From assembly GCA_031261365.1 (NCBI GenBank), contig JAISJY010000022.1, positions 1 through 16,796 of the forward strand: a stretch of 16,796 nt of DNA, read 5' to 3'. This stretch comes from Bacillales bacterium (GTDB lineage: Bacteria > Bacillota_I > Bacilli_A > RFN20 > JAISJY01). Below the pieces are notes generated by a model that searched no databases, was not told the DNA's origin, and worked only from the letters and a program-made list of their open reading frames with translations. Every line of letters begins with the position of its first letter. Position 1 is the first letter of the stretch. Position numbers and translations under genes: made by a program. Shown here in pieces: positions 9,185 through 16,113 of this stretch.

Positions 9185-9571
9185 TTACCTCAATTTGTGG
9201 TGCTTCAGCAACTGCTTGCCATTTTCGTTATTGTCTTTATCTTTATTAAAACGAACAAATGGTATTGCTTCGTCCAACATTTTAATACCTAAAACATCTG
9301 GTGCAATGCCTGTTTTTTTGGGGTCATATTGGTAATAGTCACTTATAACCTTTAATTCAGCTCCAACATTCTTAGCAATTTTTGGAAGTAAAAGTTTATT
9401 AAAAATAATGCTCTCGGGAATAATGTTTATCCACCTGTCAAATATACCACCAATATAATCGCTTTTGCCACTTAATCCGCCATACATTTTGCCACGCTGT
9501 GACATTGAACAAACAAAATAAATATAAGGTTCTACATCCTGTTTTTTAATTTCAATTTTATCTTTTGCCAT
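9185..9571 (-). CDS. hypothetical protein (candidate N-terminal part of the same disrupted gene)
   Basis: 128 aa from the ATG at 9571. AAAGGAG lies 11 nt upstream, and the track's GTG start at 9583 overlaps that SD. No recognisable family. First gene of a co-oriented 3-gene unit ending in the MTase. Confidence 0.5.
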   Translation of the reverse strand: MAKDKIEIKKQDVEPYIYFVCSMSQRGKMYGGLSGKSDYIGGIFDRWINIIPESIIFNKLLLPKIAKNVGAELKVISDYYQYDPKKTGIAPDVLGIKMLDEAIPFVRFNKDKDNNENGKQLLKHHKLR

Positions 9572-9604
9572 AATAAAAATCACTCCTTTATATAAAATAT
9601 ACTA

Positions 9605-9628
9605 CCATTATAAAAAAAAGGGAACTAA
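9605..9628. repeat. right copy of ~24-nt direct repeat (attataaaaaaaaagggaactaa)
   Basis: Includes the 3' half of the flotillin terminator hairpin, the U-tract, and the TATAAT used as -10 for the 128-aa ORF. Confidence 0.5.
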
Positions 9629-9637
9629 ATAATTCCC
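9612..9637 (-). terminator. intrinsic terminator downstream of the flotillin gene
   Basis: Minus strand reads GGGAAUUAUUUAGUUCCC followed by UUUUUUUU. This is 15 nt after the flotillin stop. Confidence 0.6.
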
Positions 9638-9651
9638 TTCTTAAACATTAA

Positions 9652-11067
9652 CTATTTTTTTGTTTTCTTTTCTTCTTTAACTTCCACTTCAACAACAGGT
9701 TCAATAGGTTTTTCTTCTTTACCTACTAAGAAAGGGGGAAGATTTAAACCAGCAGATTTATAAAGGTCTTGCAAAGGTGGTAATGATTTTAATAAACTTT
9801 GAGCAAAATTAGCAGTAGATGAACTACCATCTTTATTACCAGAATCCCAAACAGTAACTTTATCAATTTTTAAGTTCTTAATTGCTTCAACTTGGATTTC
9901 AACAAGTTTCTCTAGCTTATCAGTGATTAATAATTGAACTGCACTTTGAGGGTCTCCTGCACTTTTAATTAATCTAGCAAAACCTTCAGCTTGTTTAGAT
10001 AGTATTTCAAAACTACCTTTTGCTTCAGCTTCTAATTTAGCATAAATAGCATCAGCATGACCTTTTGCTTCTCTTCTAGCCGTTTCAGCAACAGCATCTG
10101 CTTCAATAATTCTTTTTTGTTTTTCAATTTCTGCAGAAACAATATCATTAGCTTCAAGAGTTGCTTTTTCTCTATCAAATCTTGCTCTTTCAGCTATCTC
10201 TTCAGCTCTGTATGAGTCTTCTAAAACTTTAGCAGTTGCAATTTTTTCAGCAGTTTCTGCTTTTCTTTTAGCTTCAGCTTGTTCTTCTCTTCTAGCGGCA
10301 TCTGACTGAGCAACTTTTCCTAAAGAAACATTTTCTCCACTAATAGCAACTTGGTTAGCTTCTGCCACTTTAATTCTTTGGTCCATATAAGCATTAGCTT
10401 CACCAATAGCACCATCTCTATTTTTTTCAGCAACTGATTTTTTAGCTTCGTTTATAGCTTTAGCTGCAGCTTCTTTTCCCAAAGCATCAATATAACCAGA
10501 TTCATCTTTAATATCTACAACATTCACATTTATTAATCTTAAACCGATTTTCTTTAATTCTAATTCCACATTTCTAGCAACAGCTTCTAAGAATTTATCT
10601 CTGTCAGTGTTAATTTCTTCAATTTCCATAGTTGCAATAACTAATCTTAATTGACCAAAAATAATATCTTTAGCTAGAGTTTCAATTTCATTCATTCTTA
10701 AACCTAGTAATCTTTCAGCCGCGTTTTGCATAACTCCATTTTCAGTTGAAATACCAACAGTAAAAACTGAAGGAACATCAATACGGATGTTTTGTTTAGA
10801 TAAAGCACTCTTTAAGTCAACAGATATTGACATTGGAGTTAAATCCATAAACTGATAAGCTTGAATAAAAGGTATAATGAACTTAACACCTCCATGAACA
10901 CAGTCTGCACTTCTTTTTGAACCATCTTGGTTAGCGGTAACTCTACCATAAACTACTAATATTTTATCTGAAGGACATTTTTTAGTACGAGATACAATAA
11001 ATCCTAAAACAGATAAAACTAAAACAACAACGATTACAACAATTCCAATAATTGGCCAAGGTCCCAT
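9652..11067 (-). CDS. floT: flotillin-like SPFH/band-7 domain protein (FloT/YuaG-like)
   Basis: 471 aa. N-terminal TM helix. SPFH domain. Long Ala/Glu/Lys-rich coiled coil with EA-repeat character (AEAKRKAETAEKIA...). Sits immediately downstream of an NfeD-like gene, as in B. subtilis yuaF-floT. Confidence 0.88.
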   Translation of the reverse strand: MGPWPIIGIVVIVVVLVLSVLGFIVSRTKKCPSDKILVVYGRVTANQDGSKRSADCVHGGVKFIIPFIQAYQFMDLTPMSISVDLKSALSKQNIRIDVPSVFTVGISTENGVMQNAAERLLGLRMNEIETLAKDIIFGQLRLVIATMEIEEINTDRDKFLEAVARNVELELKKIGLRLINVNVVDIKDESGYIDALGKEAAAKAINEAKKSVAEKNRDGAIGEANAYMDQRIKVAEANQVAISGENVSLGKVAQSDAARREEQAEAKRKAETAEKIATAKVLEDSYRAEEIAERARFDREKATLEANDIVSAEIEKQKRIIEADAVAETARREAKGHADAIYAKLEAEAKGSFEILSKQAEGFARLIKSAGDPQSAVQLLITDKLEKLVEIQVEAIKNLKIDKVTVWDSGNKDGSSSTANFAQSLLKSLPPLQDLYKSAGLNLPPFLVGKEEKPIEPVVEVEVKEEKKTKK

Positions 11068-11082
11068 TTTTCTTTTTCCTTT

Positions 11083-11676
11083 CTATACTTTTTTAACTTC
11101 TAATAAAGCAGATTCTCTTAATCCGACAATTTCTACAAATGAATTAGGTAATAAGTCTTCTCCTTCACTTGTTACAGCATCAACTTCTAAAAATCTATCA
11201 TTATATTGAACAATAACTTTTCCTCTTCCTTCTTCTCTAGCTGGTATCTTAATATACACTTGAGCTTTTTTACCAATAGCATATTTATAATCTACATTAC
11301 CAACTTGCTCTAATTTGTTTAATTGTTTAAAGGCTAAAGCAAGAAGGAAACCAGCTAAAGCACCAGCTGCTATTCCTAAAAGTAAACTAAATACCCAAAA
11401 AATACCTGTCTCATCAAAAGCAAAAGCTGTCCAACCTCCGATAGCAAAGAAGGCTAAAACTGTTCTCAAGGTTACTAACCTTAAACCTGCAACTAAGCCA
11501 AAGCCACCATCATTAATATCATCAGTTCCATCAACTTCACCAGCTGTAACATCATCAAAATCTGAGTTGTCTCCCATACCCACAAACATCAAGATTAAGA
11601 AGACCACAAGTAAGACACTTGCAGCGGTTGCAAATACGAAGACTACTTGTTGAAAATTGCTTAAGTTTTCCCACAT
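11083..11676 (-). CDS. NfeD-like membrane protein (YuaF-like)
   Basis: 197 aa from the ATG at 11676. AAGGAGG lies 8 nt upstream, and the track's GTG at 11682 was rejected. Hydrophobic N-terminal half. C-terminal beta-rich OB-like domain (KVIVQYNDRFLEVDAV...VEIVGL) typical of NfeD partners of flotillins. Confidence 0.75.
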   Translation of the reverse strand: MWENLSNFQQVVFVFATAASVLLVVFLILMFVGMGDNSDFDDVTAGEVDGTDDINDGGFGLVAGLRLVTLRTVLAFFAIGGWTAFAFDETGIFWVFSLLLGIAAGALAGFLLALAFKQLNKLEQVGNVDYKYAIGKKAQVYIKIPAREEGRGKVIVQYNDRFLEVDAVTSEGEDLLPNSFVEIVGLRESALLEVKKV

Positions 11677-11715
11677 AATCACTACCTCCTTTTTCCTTTA
11701 TTATTATATAATAAA

Positions 11716-11773
11716 TTACAAATATTATGACATAAATCGTATAATGTGGTATAACATATTAGAAAAAAGGGAG
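11716..11773 (+). promoter_or_regulatory. sigma-A-type promoter and RBS for the M18 aminopeptidase gene
   Basis: -35 TTACAA (11716-11721), 18-nt spacer, -10 TATAAT (11740-11745). SD AGGGAG (11768-11773) lies 6 nt before the ATG at 11780. Sits in the divergent intergenic region shared with the nfeD-like gene. Confidence 0.45.
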
Positions 11774-11779
11774 AAATAT

Positions 11780-13012
11780 ATGAAACAACAACAAACATTA
11801 GGGCATTTTATTAAGATAAGTCCAACAATTTATCAAACCATTAGTAACATCAAAGAGGCAGGAATTGAAAAAGGATTAGAAGAATTAAAAACTTTTGAAA
11901 AAGGTAAATCTTATTATACAGTTCAACAAGATAATACTATTGCTTTAATTAGAATACCTCAAGAAATAAATGAATTAACTAAAATATCTTTAGTCGCTAC
12001 TCATGGAGACAGCCCAACTTTTAAATTAAAACCGCAACACCAAATAAACGATACTAATTTTGTTAGATTAGGAGTTGAACCTTATGGAGGTTTATTATTA
12101 TCGTCTTGGTTAGATAGACCTTTAGGAATTGCAGGGATAGTTTATTATCAAAAAGACAATAATAAATTAGAAAGAAAGATAGTTGACTTAGCAGAGACAA
12201 CAGTTGTTATTCCAAATGTCGCAATGCATATTAGAAAAGAAGATAATCATAATTATAAACAAGATGTTGATTTTGTTCCAATTTTAGCAAGTAAAGATTT
12301 AAAGGTTTTAGATTTAATAAGAGAAAAATATAAACTACCTGAAATCTTGTCTTTTGATTTAATGCTTTATAATCAAGAAGACGCAATTAATTGGGGAAAT
12401 AAAAAAGAATATATATCATCAGCTAGATTAGATGATATGCAAAATGTTTATGCTGGAGCTAAAGCTTTTTTAGAAAGTGAAGTTTCCCATAATATTCAAA
12501 TATTTGTTTGTTTTGACAAAGAAGAAATAGGTTCTCGGGGTATTGAAGGAGCAGATTCTCAATTTTTAACAAACATAATAAAACAAATAAAGAGAGATTT
12601 AAAAATAACAGACTTTAATAAATTATTAAATAAATCTTTAGCTATTTCAGCTGATAATGCCCACGCGTTTCATCCCGCTCATGCTGAACTATATGATAAT
12701 GAAAATAGAACTTTTATGAATAAGGGTATTGTTATTAAAACACATGCTGGATTAGCTTATCAAACTAATGCTTATTCCTCTGCTACTATTAAGATGTTAG
12801 CCAAGAATAATAAGATACCATATCAAGAGTTTAGCAATAAGCCAGGTGTTTCAGGTGGGGGTACGCTTGGAGTTTATTTAACAGGTCATATAAATATGCC
12901 AACAATTGATATTGGTTTAGCTCAGTTAGCAATGCACTCTACTTATGAAACGGCAGGTAACCTTGATACTGAATATATGTATCAACTTTTAAAGGCTTTT
13001 TATAAAGATTAA
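11780..13012 (+). CDS. M18 family aminopeptidase (aspartyl aminopeptidase-like)
   Basis: 410 aa from the ATG at 11780; the track's upstream extension reads through the promoter region. Motif VATHGDSPTFKLKP resembles the M18 HxDSP region. Downstream D/E and His-containing metal-ligand regions (FDKEEIGSRG, AHAFHP) are consistent with the M18 fold. Confidence 0.85.
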   Translation: MKQQQTLGHFIKISPTIYQTISNIKEAGIEKGLEELKTFEKGKSYYTVQQDNTIALIRIPQEINELTKISLVATHGDSPTFKLKPQHQINDTNFVRLGVEPYGGLLLSSWLDRPLGIAGIVYYQKDNNKLERKIVDLAETTVVIPNVAMHIRKEDNHNYKQDVDFVPILASKDLKVLDLIREKYKLPEILSFDLMLYNQEDAINWGNKKEYISSARLDDMQNVYAGAKAFLESEVSHNIQIFVCFDKEEIGSRGIEGADSQFLTNIIKQIKRDLKITDFNKLLNKSLAISADNAHAFHPAHAELYDNENRTFMNKGIVIKTHAGLAYQTNAYSSATIKMLAKNNKIPYQEFSNKPGVSGGGTLGVYLTGHINMPTIDIGLAQLAMHSTYETAGNLDTEYMYQLLKAFYKD

Positions 13013-13527
13013 TCAATTACTTCAACATCGTTTATTTCTAATAATTTAGATATTTTAGGTTGTTTTCTTAATAATAAAAACAAAGGAACACCGATTAAAG
13101 TAATAATGATAAACTCACTTAAAGCAATAGTCCAGGCAATAGAAAGAAAACCAAGGAAAGACCATTCTAATTCTTTACTACTTAAAATAATAGCAATGGT
13201 TACAAAAAGAGCATTAGTAATGGTTGGCATTAAAGAAGATAACCAGATATTCTTTTTAAAGATAAACATTAATAAAACAGCAAAAATAGTTCCTAAAGTT
13301 CCAAAGAGAATATCTAAAGGAAAAGGTGAAAATATATTTGTAAATAAACAAGCCATAATTAAAGGTATGGCATATTTTCTATTATAAAAAACTAATAAAA
13401 TTAATAATTCTCCTATTCTAAATTGTAAAGGACCATAAGAGAAAGCAGGAATAATTAAAGTTAAGACAACATATAAAGCAATAACAATCGCGGATTTACA
13501 AAGAAAGACTACATTATTTTTTTTCAT
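13009..13527 (-). CDS. queT: QueT-like queuosine-precursor transporter (ECF S-component-like membrane protein)
   Basis: 172 aa from the ATG at 13527. AGGAG lies 5 nt upstream, and the track's N-terminal extension is translated riboswitch/terminator sequence. Polytopic membrane protein of the size of QueT (COG4708). Immediately preceded by a preQ1-I riboswitch-like leader. Confidence 0.6.
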   Translation of the reverse strand: MKKNNVVFLCKSAIVIALYVVLTLIIPAFSYGPLQFRIGELLILLVFYNRKYAIPLIMACLFTNIFSPFPLDILFGTLGTIFAVLLMFIFKKNIWLSSLMPTITNALFVTIAIILSSKELEWSFLGFLSIAWTIALSEFIIITLIGVPLFLLLRKQPKISKLLEINDVEVID

Positions 13528-13537
13528 AGAAACTCCT

Positions 13538-13563
13538 AAAAAAAATAGAGGAAACCCTCTATA
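13538..13563 (-). terminator. riboswitch expression-platform terminator hairpin plus U-tract
   Basis: Minus strand reads AUAGAGG-GUUU-CCUCUAU followed by UUUUUUUU, between the aptamer and the queT SD. The U-tract can alternatively pair with the aptamer's A-rich tail (antiterminator logic). Confidence 0.5.
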
Positions 13564-13571
13564 AAAAAACA

Positions 13572-13611
13572 CTAGTTTTGTTTAATGACAGGAGTGGGTT
13601 GCGAACTGTCC
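13572..13611 (-). promoter_or_regulatory. preQ1-I riboswitch aptamer
   Basis: Minus strand reads GACAG-UUCGCAACCCACUC-CUGUC-AUUAAACAAAACUAG. This is a 5-bp P1 stem with a 14-nt loop containing UUCGCA..ACCC, then an A-rich tail ending AAAACUAG. Compare the B. subtilis queC aptamer (AGAGGUUCUAGCUACACCCUCUAUAAAAAACUAA) and the T. tengcongensis aptamer. A -10 TATAAT at 13617-13622 (minus) places the TSS at the aptamer 5' end. Confidence 0.55.
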
Positions 13612-13629
13612 TATATATTATACTCTTTT

Positions 13630-16104
13630 TTAATTATTTTTTTCTCTAATAGCATCAACAGGTTGCATTCTAACTAAACGAATAATCGGAATTATTAAAG
13701 CAATAGATAAAACAATTAAAACAACACCTATCATTTTAAGAATAGTTAAAAATGAGAAAGTAGAATAATAGATATAAGAACCAAACAAATTATCAACATT
13801 GGCTGACTGATTTATAATTGCTCCAACAATACCATAACCTGCTATACCAAAGGCTAAAGCAATAATTCCAATAGTTGCCGCCTCTAATAAAAATATCTTA
13901 ATAATATCAAATTGATTAGCTCCAATGGCTCTTAATATACCTGCTTGACGAGTGTGTTCTTTAATAGAAAATGACATAAAAGAATACAACAATATCACTA
14001 CTAAAGCAAAGATAAAAGTTGATAAATTAGTTAATAAAGGTCCTAAAATAGTAAAGACTAAACCAATAGCCGAATAAGAATCAACAATTGTTGAACTAAC
14101 TTTATAACCATTTTGATATATCTTTTTATAAAGAGAGGCTAGAGAAAAAGCATTATTCTTTTTAACAGAAAAAGTTAAACTTGTCGGAACTGTTACATTT
14201 TTAATTATTTCATTAAAGACTTCTGAATCAGTAATTATAATGTTATTATCTAAACCATGATAACCTTTCACTTTTAAATCTTTATATAAGACAACCGTGG
14301 CATTTAAAGAGAAATCAACTAAAACTGTTGGAGAAAGAGGTTCAGAAAGATAAATACCAGGAGTATTATCATTAGCATCAATTTCTGTTAAAATAGTAGG
14401 CAGAGTATTAAATAAATTGCCACCTTTATTAACTAAAATATAATTATCTGAAACATTTTCAACCTTGCCATTTAAAGGAACAACCCCGATAGAGTTTAAA
14501 GCTTTTTGAATAAAATTAGATTTTACAATGAGAGGAGTAGTTAGTAAATCATTAATATCATTACTAACTTTTGGACCATCTATAATTCCTTTAATAGTCA
14601 CATTATAAGGAAAAGAATCATATATTTCTAAATTAAGTTCTTTATCTATTAAATCTTGAATTTTATATTGAGGGAACTTTCTAGCAATGATAAGGTCAGC
14701 TACAGAATAAGTAATAATACCATCAGTGTCTGAAGCTATTTTATTAGATTTATAAATGTATTTAAAACCATAATTTTCAATATTATCAATTTCCCAAATA
14801 TTATTAAAAACTCCTGAAAAAATATCATTATTACCAGCAACATAGCCATCTATTTTTAAAGGAATAGTATAAACATTTTGACTTTCTTTTTTAAGAAGAG
14901 TTTCAACTTTATTAATACTTTCTTCATAAAAAGAAGCTTCTGAAGTCATTTGTAAATAAGATAACTTACTATTTTTAGTTGATAAAGCCATAGCATAATA
15001 AATATCATAATTAGAAAAATTATCACCTATTGCAAACATAATAACACCTGCTATTGCTAAAACAAGAGTTACAACTAATCTAACTATTTTAGTCTTTAAA
15101 TAACTAACTCCTAACTTTAATCCTTTAGCAAAAGGGAGGTTGGATTTCTTTAATTTAATTTCTTTGCTAATACTTTCTTGAGGAACATATTGGGAAAAAG
15201 TATTTGGTTCATTAGTAGAGACATCACTACTACCAATAGCTTCTCTTAAATAAGGATAATAAGCTTTAACTTTATTGATATCTTGTTCAGCTGAAATATA
15301 ATAATCTCTTCTTTCATCTAATAAAATATTATTAAGTTTCTTTAAACTGTCTTCATCTAATTGTTCATTCTTTTGTAATTTAATAATTCTATCCCCAATA
15401 ACACGGACAGTTTTCTTCGCTTCTTGAGGTGATCCAAGAGTTGTTAAATCTTTGATAACTCTCCCATCTTCTAATTCAATAATTCTATCAGCATATTTAG
15501 AAGCGTCTTCTCTATTATGAGAAACAACAATTACTAAAAAATATTGACTGAGAGCTTTAAAGATATCTATTATTTCTTTAGCAGTTACTTGGTCTAAAGA
15601 ACCTGTTGGCTCATCAGCAAAAATAATGGAAGGATTTTTAATTAAGGCTCTCGCGATAGCCACTCTTTGTATTTGACCTCCAGAAAGAGCAAAGGCTTTT
15701 TCTTTAGCTTTATCTAAAAGACCAACCTTTTCTAAAATATCATTAACTTTATTATTATCTTTATTGGACTGTAAGTTTAAGGCTAATTCAACATTCTCAT
15801 AAACGGTTAAATTAGGTATTAAATTAAAATCTTGAAAGACAAAACCAACAAAAGTATTTCTATAACTATCATATTCTCTCTTTTTGAAGTTCTTAATAGA
15901 ATTACCATAAATTAATAAATCACCTTTATCAAAAGTATCTAAACCACTCATAACATTTAGTAAAGTAGATTTACCAGAACCGCTTCTACCTAAAATATAA
16001 ACCAACCCTTTTTCTTCAAAAGATAAATTAATATTGATTAAAGCTCTAGTGGTAACATTAGCTTTAGTAACATAAGTTTTACTTAAATTTTTAATTTCTA
16101 ACAT
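13630..16104 (-). CDS. MacB-type ABC transporter, fused ATP-binding and FtsX-family permease
   Basis: 824 aa. N-terminal ABC ATPase: Walker A GRSGSGKST, signature LSGGQIQR, Walker B IIFADEPTGSLD. Large extracytoplasmic domain. C-terminal FtsX permease with GILRAIGA motif. RBS AAGGAGG 5 nt upstream. Confidence 0.9.
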   Translation of the reverse strand: MLEIKNLSKTYVTKANVTTRALININLSFEEKGLVYILGRSGSGKSTLLNVMSGLDTFDKGDLLIYGNSIKNFKKREYDSYRNTFVGFVFQDFNLIPNLTVYENVELALNLQSNKDNNKVNDILEKVGLLDKAKEKAFALSGGQIQRVAIARALIKNPSIIFADEPTGSLDQVTAKEIIDIFKALSQYFLVIVVSHNREDASKYADRIIELEDGRVIKDLTTLGSPQEAKKTVRVIGDRIIKLQKNEQLDEDSLKKLNNILLDERRDYYISAEQDINKVKAYYPYLREAIGSSDVSTNEPNTFSQYVPQESISKEIKLKKSNLPFAKGLKLGVSYLKTKIVRLVVTLVLAIAGVIMFAIGDNFSNYDIYYAMALSTKNSKLSYLQMTSEASFYEESINKVETLLKKESQNVYTIPLKIDGYVAGNNDIFSGVFNNIWEIDNIENYGFKYIYKSNKIASDTDGIITYSVADLIIARKFPQYKIQDLIDKELNLEIYDSFPYNVTIKGIIDGPKVSNDINDLLTTPLIVKSNFIQKALNSIGVVPLNGKVENVSDNYILVNKGGNLFNTLPTILTEIDANDNTPGIYLSEPLSPTVLVDFSLNATVVLYKDLKVKGYHGLDNNIIITDSEVFNEIIKNVTVPTSLTFSVKKNNAFSLASLYKKIYQNGYKVSSTIVDSYSAIGLVFTILGPLLTNLSTFIFALVVILLYSFMSFSIKEHTRQAGILRAIGANQFDIIKIFLLEAATIGIIALAFGIAGYGIVGAIINQSANVDNLFGSYIYYSTFSFLTILKMIGVVLIVLSIALIIPIIRLVRMQPVDAIREKNN

Positions 16105-16113
16105 AATTCCTCC

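Noticed and set aside
9427-9435. DnaA-box-like TTATCCACC
   Set aside because: A single copy with a mismatch, inside a coding region and far from dnaA. It is not evidence for oriC.
11315-11653. 112-aa + strand ORF (Lys/Ala/Pro-rich)
   Set aside because: Entirely antisense to the well-supported NfeD-like gene. The low-complexity translation is an artefact of reading hydrophobic codons in reverse. No RBS.
13106-13387. 93-aa + strand ORF
   Set aside because: Antisense within the queT-like membrane protein gene. No RBS and no recognisable features.
13545-13572. + strand motif AGAGGAAACCCUCUAUAAAAAAACACUAG, which superficially resembles the B. subtilis preQ1-I aptamer (AGAGG...CCUCUAUAAAAAACUA)
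   Set aside because: The loop is only 4 nt (a real aptamer needs ~11-14 nt) and the + strand has no downstream gene. It is the reverse complement of the terminator hairpin of the genuine minus-strand riboswitch.
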